A stretch of 64,000 nucleotides of DNA from Chiloscyllium plagiosum (taxonomy: Eukaryota): assembly GCF_004010195.1 (NCBI RefSeq), contig NC_057719.1, forward strand, positions 73,692,969 to 73,756,968, in the 5' to 3' direction. This document shows positions 50,091 through 62,534 of the stretch, piece after piece. A model generated the notes under the pieces. The model was not told where the DNA came from. It did no database searches and was given only the letters and a program-made list of their open reading frames with translations. The translations under genes were made by a program, and so were the position numbers. Position 1 is the stretch's first letter. Each line of letters begins with the position of its first letter.

Positions 50091-50224
50091 AATGCCAATC
50101 ATCACCTTTATCTGAAACTGATTCCTCCTCTTGCAGTTGTTTGCTCTTCTTCTTCTCATCCATCTCTTGTTTGTTTGCTTTTGTATAACCAATGGATGTA
50201 CAGGCTAAGTCTCAACCCAACTTG

Positions 50225-50309
50225 ATTAAAATAGGCTGGCAAAATTATATTTCCGAGGCTGCAAAATTACAGGTAGTGGCATGAATGAAGCACAAGCACC
50301 AGAAATAAA
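50225..50309 (+). terminator. Candidate polyadenylation signals for short isoform
   Basis: ATTAAA 50225-50230 and AATAAA 50304-50309, 135-215 nt after the stop; downstream GU-rich element weak. Confidence 0.35.
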
Positions 50310-51265
50310 GATGTGCCGAGAGATGAGAGAAATAATGAATATAAAGGAAAATTGGTTTGAGTTTCTGAATTGGATTTAAACACCATTTGGGCCGGGATTT
50401 GTCTTGATAGTAATGCAAAATGCCTCAATGTCCCAATAGACACCCAACTCAAGGCTTAGTTCCATGGTAATCAATGGAATTAATCATCCAGTGTAGAGTA
50501 TAACAGCTGACCTGTTTTGTAGCACAGACCAAGGCAAATTTCTGCCATGGTTGTATTTTACTTGCCCTAAAGCTTGCTAGCATAATGAAAACTGGAGATT
50601 TCCTACCAAAGACTTAGGGCCCCAGGTTAGTGAAATGCAAGATACAAATTACAAAATTATTACGGTGCAGACAGAGTCCTGCCATTTGCCGCTTTGTGTC
50701 CACACTGGCTGTCAGCATTTTAACTTGCTGCCAGTCTGCTGCATTTTACCCATAACTCTGGTTCCATTTAAATAATCACCCAATGTCCATCTGAATGCTC
50801 CATTTGAACCTGCCTCTACCACATTTCCAGGCAGTGCATTTCAGACCTAAACTATTTTGCTGAGTGAGAAAACTTTTTTTTCTCATCTCACTTTAGCAAC
50901 GTTTGCAAAACACTTCAAAACTGAGCCCTCTGGGTCTCAAAGCCTGAAGCAGTTACAAACAGATTCACACGTACTGAGTCGAATCTATTTTACTGCATCT
51001 CAGGAAAATTTCAGGTTTAGAAAATGTAGAAATGATTGTATTGTGGATTATTTTTTAAATAAGATCAGTAAACTCTCTGATATTTTTGTACCTAAGTTAC
51101 ATTCGTGGCAAATTTGCATTTATACAATTTTTGGAAGTCGTTTTCTTAACCCTTTTCAAAATATTTCCCTTATTCACCTTTTCACTTTGCTTTTTAAAAA
51201 GTTGGTACACCAAGCGCGATTTATATCAGGGAATAGGAGCCAGAATAGACTATCCAACTCATGAG

Positions 51266-51487
51266 GTAAAAACAATGACTGCAGATGCTGGAAACCAGAT
51301 TCTTGATCAGTGGTGCTGGAAGAGCACAGCAATTCAGGCAGCATCCGAGGACAGGCAAAACCGACGTTTCGGGCAAAAGCCCTTCATCAGGAATATTCCT
51401 GATGAAGGGCTTTTGCCCGAAACGTCGATTTTGCCTGTCCTCGGATGCTGCCTGAATTGCTGTGCCCTTCCAGCACCACTGATCCAG
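51266..51487. mobile_element. Young fold-back Penelope-derived mini-insertion (family A) with 15-bp TSD
   Basis: 90-bp arms 51305-51394 / 51395-51484, 2 mismatches, no spacer; tatccaactcatgag 51251-51265 / tatccagctcatgag 51488-51502. Confidence 0.92.
51395..51430 (+). ncRNA. Minimal hammerhead-ribozyme motif (mirror copy on minus strand at 51359-51394)
   Basis: CTGATGA(A)-GGGC tttt GCCC-GAAA-CGTC; cleavage triplet GUC ending 51426; stem I weak, stem III only via palindromic ACGT. Confidence 0.6.
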
Positions 51488-52665
51488 TATCCAGCTCATG
51501 AGACTGCTGTGCCATTCATCTGGAATATGGCTGATGTTCCAACTCTTTCTTACAGTATCCCTTTAATATCTATGAACATACTCAAATATCGAGTTTTTAC
51601 AGCCCTCTGGTGTTGAGAATTCTGAAGATTCAGAAACTCATGATTCTCATCTCATTCTGAGACTAGGTCCCCAGTGCTAGACTTCTTAAGCAATGGAAAC
51701 ATCCTTCTTGCATCTATACTGTTGAGCCCTGTTAAGAATTATTGTTTACTTTAATGAGATCACCTTTCATTCTCTGAACTTAAAGAGAAACAGGCCCAAT
51801 CCCCTCAGTCTCTACTCATCAGACAATCCCACAGTCCCAGAAACCAGAATGGTGAGACTTACACTGGAATGATTACTCCAAATGTCAACATAGCTGCTTG
51901 CATACAATAAGAAGGCCACGATGGCCATGAGAAGCATTTGTGCATGCATCACAGATCAGTGATGTCAGTGTCTGCACATGGGCAGATGGTGATGTAGGCA
52001 ACAGGCTGGGATGAGGCACCACTGGGGAGACTGGGGTCAGGGTGAGGCTGACCATTCCTTTCCTGACAGCGTAGCTCTCTGTTGCCTGGCTTGCATTTGG
52101 AGGGAGTATGCAGGTGCACTGCTCAACAATGCTCTGGAGTACGCAGACTGCGAGAGCTGCCAATAGGTAGTCGTCCGTTTGTCAGATCTACAAACAAAGA
52201 GGGCAGAGGGAGCACCTGGTTATTCCAGAAACAAAGTTATCTGCAAAAAAAGACTCTTGCACTGACAATTCAGATGAGCTTCTCGGCAGCTGCCTTTTAT
52301 TGCTTCGCAGAGATGGGGCACTGTAAACCTGTGCATGTGCAGGCGTTGCACCACTTAATAATGGTGTTCACAATAAACACAACCTTCTTGCACTCCCAAT
52401 ACAACAACAAGTGTGCCCTCTTTTCAGCAGGGACCAAGACCAAATCTGTTTGCAATCTTAGCAAAGGTCTCTACAATTACTGCAAGGCATCTGTACCCAA
52501 ATCTACTTGACTGGAAAGCTAGAATACAATGCCGAATTATTTCAATGGCAGTGGATTCAATCCCCAATCCAGCTGCAAGTAGTCATAATGTGTGCTGTAC
52601 TGGAATGAGGTGCCTCTGATCCTTTGGAGTTTTGCTTAGATGATGATGATCTTGCCTCAGGGGAG

Positions 52666-52745
52666 ATAGAGTCATAGAGATGTATAGCACAGAAACAGAC
52701 TCTTCGATCCAACTCATCCATGCCGACCAGCTTTTCCAACCCAAT
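52666..52745 (-). mobile_element. CR1/HER1 extreme 3' fragment
   Basis: atagagtcatagagatgtatagcacagaaacagac. Confidence 0.78.
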
Positions 52746-55194
52746 CACATCCTGATTCTTACATTTCATTTGTGTTTCTGGGGGAGAAAGCATCGAAATG
52801 TAAACTCCATCTTGGCTACCATCATATATCAAAGGTGCTTGTTAAATTTATGTTTTCAGTGATAAGTTAATTCACAGGAAGTTCAATGTAAAATACAAAG
52901 CAACTGATAAAATTATAATGCAACACATTAGAGATTCTCCTGCATATAATGTGGCCATATTTGGCATGACTGAAGAGCAGCTACCAAACACAAGTAACTC
53001 ATTTAAAGTTGCAACTTTGAATTCTGATTTTAACTATTACCTTATTAAAGCACATGCCATGTTCATCCTTATTGTTTATCCGAAAGTGACAAATTGGAGA
53101 TGGAATTCAAATGTTTATTAATGTCATAGGGGCCTATATAAAGAAATGTACTTGATTAAAGTTGCAGTTTTCATTTTCCTGATTCTTATCATAGGGTGCT
53201 GCTGTATGAAATGTACAGAGTGTACTCCGCAGCGATTCTTGTTACATGCCTATTGTCACTTCATCTCAGTTATGCACATAAAGTTATCAGCTTGATAATA
53301 ATGCTCTGGTTTCTGATATTTCCTTCAGAATTGGGCCAAACACAGATATTACTATTAATTGATTTTAAAAATATCAGAAATCAATAACTAGGGAGAGGAA
53401 GGAAGATTTCTTCTGGGTAAAGTGGATCGATGACAATGCGAACATAGCTGCAAGATTTCATTTTTGTTCTTTTGATGTGGCTATGCCAGAAATTGAAATC
53501 AAAATAAATTATCCGACCATAATTTATGTTGCTGTAATTCAGACCAACCCAAAGAAATTTCCATGATTATCACATTTGGATTGTGTTGTTTAGGAATACA
53601 GGGGGAGGAAAATGAGACTGCAACTTTAAAAAGCATTTAAAGTTTTGAAGGAAGTTTGAGCTCATCTGAACAGCAAATAAGCTTTCTCTCAAAACTAGTA
53701 CTTCACTGTCCAGAGAATTACATTAGCAGACCTGATTAGTGTTCTCTGCTAGTGATTATAGAAGTTTGTGCCATTCCAAAAGTAATGTTGACCAACGTAC
53801 CTTATGGAAGTAATGTACTTTTGTTCACATGTCAAACATGGTTTATTTGCAAAATGGGTGTGTTATACAATGGATACCAAGCAGTTCAGTGTACTCAAAT
53901 ATTTCATTTGCTAAGGTGGAAATGTGTTTTGTCATTAGATTAGGGAAACCAAAATTACTGTTGGATCAATACCCTTTGGATTCCCTCTCTCAGTCTGCCT
54001 TGCTATATCCTACATAACAACCGGTTATCCTGAGATGGCATTTGCTGCAGCTTAACCACCAATAACCTTGTCTTTACTGCTTCTGCTTGAAGTTTGTTTT
54101 AAAAATTAACATGTCATGGTACAAGAAAGACTTCAGAGAAGGCTATAATATGGCAATGCTTTGCCTTTTCATTCATGTTTCTTGATTCACATAGACCTAA
54201 TGCAGCACTAGGAGATGAATGCCGAGTTATTTAGGAAACTTAATCATCACATCGTTATTGTACTTGATACTCTTCCACATTTAACCAGTTATCCACCTAT
54301 TCTTATTATGATAATATGGGTCTTGATTTTACATTTGCTGTTAGAACCAACTGTGCTGTAATGCTGATCTTGAATTGTAAGATGTTCAGTATTTGAAAGA
54401 GCTCATTGTTTTTAATATTTATAATGTGATTTCTGGTGATAGGAGCGATCAAATCTGTCAATATCTTTGGGTATATGGGGCTGGTGGATAGATTTCCATC
54501 CCCTGATATAATAGGTGACCTACGCTCCCCAAGTGGAAGATGTTGGTTTTAGGTGAGACTGCAATTCTGTGATCCATGCTTTCTGTAAGGATCATATCTG
54601 CTGAACTGCAAGAGCCACCCAATTTTATTATTTTATTGTTTGAAGGAAAAAGCATAATCAATTAGAGATTGACCTGTTCAAAGTATGAAACCATCTTTCT
54701 GCAACAGGCGTCTGCGCGCTCTGGACACTGAAGTGATAGGATTGTTAGGATGAAGCCCTTACTCTAGATTCTGTAAAGCACTGTCAGGTATATCTGTGCA
54801 GGGTCTCTCTGCTTGCCCATTATAACATTGACAGAAAAGCCACCAAATGCCTGTAAAAAAAAGTAAGTCAATCATGACATTACTTCCAGTGGAATTTACC
54901 CGCCACCATGAGTGAAACGTATGTCATTCCAGGATTGTCTGTGCAGTTTTGTTTGCAATGTGTGGAATAATGATGTCATGAAAGCAGCTCCACAAACGTG
55001 TTATTAACCTAAAGACCTTCTGATGACTCAAGGGAGAAACTGGAGATGGGAGAAGGTGTCACGCAGGCTAGAGCACGTGTAAAATATATTTGGTGTTGGC
55101 ACTGAGAGGCCTGGGTTGATTCATCCCCTGAGCCTTACCATTCTTTCTTAAATGAACTGTATCCACACAAATGTGTGGAAAATTCACCAGTTGG

Positions 55195-55545
55195 TCAGCA
55201 GCTCAGCAGTAATGTCACTGGATTAACCACAGGCTAACATTCTTGGGTCAATGGTTTAAATCCATGGTGGTTGAATTCAATAAAATTCTGGACTTCAAAG
55301 CTAGACAAATAGTGACCATGAAACCTTTGTTGATTGTTATAAAAAAACCCACTCGTTCAATAATGTCCGTTAAGGAAGGAAATCTACCATCCTTACATGA
55401 CTGCAGACCCCTAGCAATGAGGCCTACGCTTAACTGCCCTCTGAAATGGCTAAAGCAAGTCACTCAGATCAACGGACAACAAGGGATTGGTAAGAAATAT
55501 TGGCCCGGCCAACAATGCCCAATTCCAGTGAATGAATGTTTTAAA
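55195..55545 (+). mobile_element. Old tRNA-derived SINE with tail shared with the 4480-5138 LINE
   Basis: gctcagcagtaatgtcactgga head; taaggaaggaaatctaccatcctt; ggccaacaatgccc...gtgaatgaat tail. Confidence 0.62.
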
Positions 55546-58500
55546 ACAATCACAGGTAAATCTTGCTAGCTAGTAATTGAATTTGGGGCATTCATGTAAA
55601 GGGTGGCATACATAGAAGAATTTAAATCTGATTATTTTTCCCCTCTCCTTTCTGGTGTAGCTTTTTCCTTCTACCCATATTTGAAGGCATTAACTTTTTG
55701 CTGACTAGCTGGTCATGAAAGTAGCTGCTCCCAGTGTGTGACGTTGGATAATAGGTGAAGAGATTTAACATTCAGCATTGCAGCCAAGCCTGATATTGCC
55801 TTCACGTGGTGTCCAGCCAGCTGCACTTCCAGAAAAGCCACTGAATCACAACTTGGAGCAACCCCACAGAGCTTTAGTTTGCTCCCCTTATCTCTATGGT
55901 GAAACACTTTCATGATGCCCAGACTGAAATCAGCCAACACAGTGACCAAATCTTGGTCTTCCTGGCCTATATAGCTGTTCTTTGCTGCTTTAACTAGTAT
56001 TAGCAAGCCCTTCAACACTTTCCTGGTGAAACCTTATATTGCATTAGAAAAATTGTGATTTCTTACTTGTGAGAGCAATCTTCACTTCAGTAAGGATTAG
56101 ATCAAGAATACAAATGTTGCTTCCTGAGTTGGAAGTTCTTTTATTGCTAAAACTTAAAATGAAATGTGAAAGTATATTTATCATAAAGCAATTGAGTTCT
56201 TACTTGATTTAAAGCAATATAAAAGGCCTTGACTATAATTTCCTGGTTATTACTGAATAAACTTGGGGAGAATTCTAGCTTAATTCTTTAATGTAGCCAT
56301 TATTGCTTTCACCTACTCAGCAACAGGTAGATGGACCAACAGTAGGATAAAATATGCCCCTGAATACCATAACATTAATTTGAAAAGAATTGATTGAGAT
56401 CATAGGAATTTTCAAGCTGTAATCTGATCGTGGTGGTGGATGGGGTGAGGGGTCAGGGGAGGTGGGGAACAGGGGGGTGGTTCTTCAGCTACAGGTTTTC
56501 ACTTACATATCTCAACCCTCAAAGTTTGCAGCATTAGCCGCATCATTCAAATGAGATTAGTCGCCAAAATATTGGTAATTTTTCTGTATAAATTTCATTG
56601 CTAATAGTGACATAAATAGCAGAGTAAAGATGGGCAAGAACAAGCAAAATGTTTTCTTTAGTCAGCGTTGCATTGAAAATATTCCACATAAAGTTGCAAG
56701 TTCCCATTATCTCAGTAAAATTGCTGAAGCCAGAATATTCCTTCAAATAAAATGTGTTCCTACTCAGCCACTAGATGGTAGGCTAACATAATCTAATTTC
56801 CACATTGCAGAGAAGGGCGACTAATATTTTTATTTCAGGAATTTCTCGTAGTCATAATATACTGAGGGTATTCCAGGAATTAGATTACTTGTGTGGAAAT
56901 TGAAGCACTTGGTTTTGTTATTTCATTGCACTCTGCAGTCAACAAGATTTAATGAAATATTATCTTGTTGTTTCAGTCATTGTCAATATATCGCTGATGG
57001 TGAGGTAACAGCAGGATTCTGTGAATAGTGTTTACAGCTTCTGAGTGTGATTAAAGGAATAGAACTTAAGATAGGGAGTTGTGGTGCTGCTTATATTAGG
57101 ACAGCTTTTGGATTTTCAGGAATATAAACCCATGATTGATATTACCAAAATCACTACTGTTTGATTTAACCAATCTTCTTCCTCTTGTCACTGCGTTGGT
57201 GTCTAATCTTTGCTAAGATACTTGACCCTTAACCTAGATTTCATACTTTTTCTTAAACTGACTCAATTAATTTTGTATTATTAATTGAGTGGTGATGGAG
57301 TTTTCTTTCATCCCCCTGACAGAATGGGGGAAGAAAAGAAATCCCTTATAGTGGCACTAACATGAATTTCAATTGCAGAGCTTTGTTTAACACCAGATAT
57401 CGACAACCAACACACAAATCTCCTTGCTGAATGCATTGCAGACTGTGGTGTAGTCTGGGAACTGAGGGTGTAAACCTGTCCAGATCATAGCAATGTTGTT
57501 CCTTAAACGTGTTCCTGGCTATTGGCTTTGTAGCCTGTTTTGGTTGCATATACGCCTGCAATTCTACACTGTTCAGTCATCTTTGTTGTACTACTTCTGA
57601 GCTTGTTATCCTTTCTGTTGTGTCCTTTGTATGCTTGTCATATTGGTATTTTCCCAAATGGCTTTTCTTCCTTACATCCTGATATATGTATTTGCAATTT
57701 AGCCATTGTGTTCCTTGAATGATTATCCTGAACATTTCGTTCTCCAAAGCTTTTAAATAAAACAGCCTTTGTCCTTGATTAATTGTCATTGAGGATGTTG
57801 TGTTTATGTTGCTGACCTATTTATTTTCACCTGCTGTGCTGTGGGGAACTGGATTTTGAGATCTGGCCTTTGTTTGAATTTACTTTGGCACAGTTTGTAT
57901 ATTTCATTGGCCGCTGTGCCGTGTGTGGTGCGGCACATTCATTCAAAAGGCTGAGGTAAATGACTGGAAATAAGCTATTCAAGTCTGCCAATCAAGCATG
58001 TGCAATCTGTGCTTTGAATGTTAAGTTATTTTGTGCAAGCATCAACTTGAGAATTGCAGACTCAAGTTCTTGAATGCTGCCCTTCTCAATGAGCGTTGTA
58101 ATTTCACTGTTGGCCTTTGTAACTGTGGGCCAGATAGAAAGAAATTACAAGTATACGTAACAACATAAGAAAGATACAGTAAGAGCAAATAGGTGAAACG
58201 TAACTGTGTTTATATACAACTAGTTATATTTTGTTGGGTTTTACATAAAGTTATTTTTTGGTATTATACTTCACGTGTAGCTTTAGAAATACAATGTACC
58301 ACAGATTTGGAAAGTTACTGAATAAAGCTAGTTATCAAACAATCACTGATACTCATGGCTTCTTACTGGTCCTCAAGGATAGAAGTTATGTTTCTGATAA
58401 ATATTTGGTTTCAACCCATAATGTTTACATTTTCTTATTGAGTAACCGGTTGTGGGATCCAATGTAAACAGAACATTCGGAAAAACAGCTTGACCCAGAG

Positions 58501-60161
58501 CCTCACTTGGTGAATAATGAATGACTCCCAGAGACAAGTAACATAGGGAATTCAGTCAAACATTTGGTGGGCGTAACATTCCACTTGACAAATTCATTTT
58601 GACATTTTAGTGTGACTGAAAACACATCTACATTGTGCATGTAGCACTACTCCAAATTATTGAGCAAGGTCAAGGGGTTAAAAGACGAAGAGACAGCATA
58701 CCCGAAATTATTCTGATACTGAACCACTTGATCACTGTCAGAAAATGGTTGCCACTCAATCAGGAGCAAAACAGGAAAAGAGAATGTTCACCATTATGTG
58801 TTACAAAATGTGTAGCTGACAGGGTTAGCCTTGCAGAATGCAAGTGTTAACACATTGATAGATTATCAGAAAAATTGTTTGTATAGAGTGAATAGTTTAA
58901 AAACTCAGAACGTCAGTCTGATTCCTCTGGGTTTTAGCACAACTTGCAATTCACAAGGTTAAGCCACGCGATCTGGAAGGTAGGAATAGGAATGGGACGT
59001 TCAACCCCTCATACTTATCTCACTGCTATTCACTGTGAACATAATTGATATGTACCCTGACTCTGTCTACACACTCTTTTACCTTTATGCTCTTGATTGT
59101 CTTTCAGCTAACAAAATGTTGCAGATCCCAGTCTTGAATATTTCGATTCTCCCATGATGCACTGCTTCAAGGGGCAGAGTTCCATATTTCCCCTAACCTT
59201 TGAGAATCGCGAGTTTACTCAGAAATGGCCCATCTCCAATTTTTTAGCTCCAGCATTACCTGTTCAGCACACTAGAATGTCTTGATGTCTGTTACAAGCA
59301 AACTCTCCACAAGTTCATAGTTCTGATTCTAAATGTTCAAATCTGTGGTTGAGAATTCATTTTCAAGAAGTCATCGCAACGGTTCAATGGAATTAGTTTT
59401 GATAAATTGAGTAGGCTGTAACATTCACCACAGGCCTCAATCTACTCTAGTCTACGTTAGACTGCTGGGCAGATCTTTCCATTGTGAGGAGACTGATTTG
59501 ATGGTGGGCATGAAGTGAGCATTCTTGCTCTCAGGTGTAGCTTGGATTTATTCACACAATTGTGTGTCACCTGATTACATAGGCCAGTGCAAGGACCTTG
59601 ACGTATCTTGTGCTGGGAGTGGGCAAGGAGTTGATGCCTTTGTGAGTACCTTACAAGGTTCAAAAGCCCAAGGGACTTACTTAAAGTGCACCTCACAGAC
59701 ATTCATTCCCTGCAAGACAAACATATCCATTGGGTGTTCAGAGTGGATACCTGCAACAGAGCATTCTCGCTGTTCCTATATTCCCTGCATCCCTTCCCCA
59801 GGCAGACTTCCACCTATAGCCAGCCTCTTTAACCCATTCCCATTACACTCCAGCCTCCCTTTCTTGATTATCCTCTATGCCCATGAAGATTACTGCCACC
59901 TGATCTATCACATGGCATGGTGGAGCCAAACCTACAATCAGTAGTAACTTAATCCAAAGTCCAGGGAGTTGACTATCTCTCATACTGCCTTTTATTTCTA
60001 TGTAGTAGCCATGACTATGTTAGTATTTATTGTTTCATAGCTTAGAATGTAAATGGAAAGGGGAACTTAATTCTGGCCAAATGACATTCTAATAAGCGTG
60101 TAATGAGTGCAAAGCATTTGGCATCAGGAAGCTTTAAAATTCTGAGATTTCTTTACAAATA

Positions 60162-60949
60162 CAGAAGAACCTTGATTATCCAAATCTCAATTATCTGAAT
60201 TTTGGATTATCCGAAGAAGATCTCAAAGTCCCAATAGAAACATTACATCAAAGAGGTGTTTCAACACTGATCGCATCTTTTGTTTACAATAATTAAAAAT
60301 GAACTCGGCTTACTGAAATACTGCCGAGAACAGTCCTGGACATCGATGCGAGCCCAGGCACCGCCTCCACCATAATCTCTCTCCCCACACTTTCCCTGGA
60401 ATTCTACACTGTGTGTGTACCCTAGAAACCCCTTCCCCATATAATCCCTGCAACATTGTCCTGTAGAGAGCAAAGGTGGAACTTGTCAAAAAGTTGCAGT
60501 GAAAAGTTATGTGTGTGTGTATGTATGTGCTATTTTGAGACTCACCTCCCCCCCCCCAAAGGCAGCAGCAGTCTTACTGTTGGTGTCCCAGGGCAGGGGG
60601 TGCAGACCTTGGGGGTGGGACGGATGGGGGTCAGGGTGGGGGGCGCAGGGGTTCGCGCATGATGTGCTGCTGCCTAGTCTCCTGAACGGGGAGCGGACTT
60701 AGCAAGTGCTCGCTATGTCAATCCCTTTGAACGGGGGGGGTGGGGGTCTGCAGGTCCCTTACACACACGTGTGTGTCTGCTCAGAAACAAACCCTGAGAC
60801 AGAGAGAGGGAGCAAGGCAGGCAGAGTGAGGAAAAACTTCAGAAAACACCGAGCCCCAGAGGAGAGGCATTGAATCAGTTATCCAAATAATCAGTTAACC
60901 CAATGAAATAGTGCCCACCCATCTCGTTTGGATAATCGAGGTTTCTTTG
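60162..60949. mobile_element. Non-autonomous Tc1/mariner (Tigger/pogo-like) DNA transposon
   Basis: TA|cagaagaaccttgattatccaaa ... tttggataatcgaggtttctttg|TA (19/23 TIR match); subterminal ttatcc.aa repeats; no transposase ORF. Confidence 0.82.
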
Positions 60950-62534
60950 TATTCAGCCTGCTGTTGGGAATCTGATTTTTGGTCACTTACCCAATTTTAC
61001 CCAGGTCACCATTCTGCCCATTCACACATCCGTTATGTGTAACAATTGGTGGAACTGAAAAGAAAATAATAATGCTGATGGCTAATCTTTGTGCTGTGAT
61101 TGCACAATAGAACAAATGAAATGGGCACAACAAAACAATTCTCTAAAATTGAGTCTTTGAGTTGAAGCACAGTAGTTGATTTACATAAACATAGAGGGCT
61201 GCAGATTTTGGTGTCTTAAGAAATAAAAATGTTGAATCAAATGATGTGATCCTTCAATGCTCCAAGTTGGAAACACCCACTGATCGCCTGCGATACTGAA
61301 ATTTAACATTTCCCCCTCCTCCTTCCAATCTGCATAATTCTACAAAACCAGTTATACTTCTCTGAAATACTTCAGTTTAATTTGATATTGCGCTTTCTGT
61401 TTTTTTTCACGTGCAAGGACACCACTTTGTAAGTGATAATCCTAAGATGCTAAAGCCAGGCTAAAGTATAGTTAAGGATATAAAGCTGTCTGTAGAGCGT
61501 CCAATGCAGCACAACAGTCAGTTGTGGCTGAAGACGAAAGGAAATTGTCTTGACTCGAGGAGAAATTGGCTGCTTTTCTTTCTACATTGGAGAATTGCTC
61601 ATTCAGGCAAACTTTTATTCAGTTGGAGCTCTCAGACATAATTCAGAGGAAAATGAGTGAAAGTAGCCCTGGCACATGCATACAGACTGCTTATTAAATT
61701 GTTTTTGTTGAAAATACTCCAAGGAATTGTAAGCACCCTTTTGAAAGATACTCCATCCACAGTCGTGTCCCTTGTTGTCGATGATATCTGATACAGCAGA
61801 CTGTACTCCAAAACTACATCCTTCTTGAATTAATGGAACTGCCTATTTAATCTGAACCAGATTGTATTTGATTGTGTGTGTCCGATGTTAGACTTTGTGT
61901 ATAAAGAAAACCTGTCAAAATGAATGTGGATTTACAATTGTTATGTTTCTGTTGCTTTTTCCTTGCATGGGACTTGGAGTCAGTGTTTGGGGAGAAAGAG
62001 GGGAAACAGCAATAGTTGAGTGGAAGTAATAAAAAGAATGAGCTGGAGTATATACTATTAAAATACCAGAGCTGTAGGAAATCTGAAAATCAGTAGACCA
62101 GGCAGCATTATTGGAGAGAATAAACAAAAGCTTTTCGGGTCAATTACCTTTCATTAGAAATCACATGTATTGGGAGACCATTACATTAGTCTCTTGAAGG
62201 CTCAAATTGCACATCATTTGAGCTTTGAATGGAAACGTACCAATACTAGCTCTGGCAAAACTTTTACCAGCAGATGGTCTAGCCTGGGTTGCTGGTGATT
62301 CTTATCCGAGGTTTCAGTGAGTGTGCTGTGGCATCTGGAGACTCAACTTCTATGTTTCATGGGTCTTATAACGATTTGTGTAAAAACAGCAATAAAATTG
62401 AGGGCAAAGAGAAAAAGCAGGATTTTTTTTAATCAATGATCTTCTCTAGACGTTTCAAAGGCTTATTCTTCTTCTAGTTTTGGACCATTTCTCTATTTTG
62501 ATGCTCAAATATCTGAGTTCCTTCCTCCACAGAG

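Noticed and set aside
51086..51616. 176-aa ORF and antisense 92-aa ORF sharing the same peptide
   Set aside because: Artefact of the DNA palindrome; no coding features.
56977..57004. 28-nt micro-exon candidate (tttcag|...GAG|gtaaca)
   Set aside because: Stop codon in the phase required by the 50036 donor; no other support.
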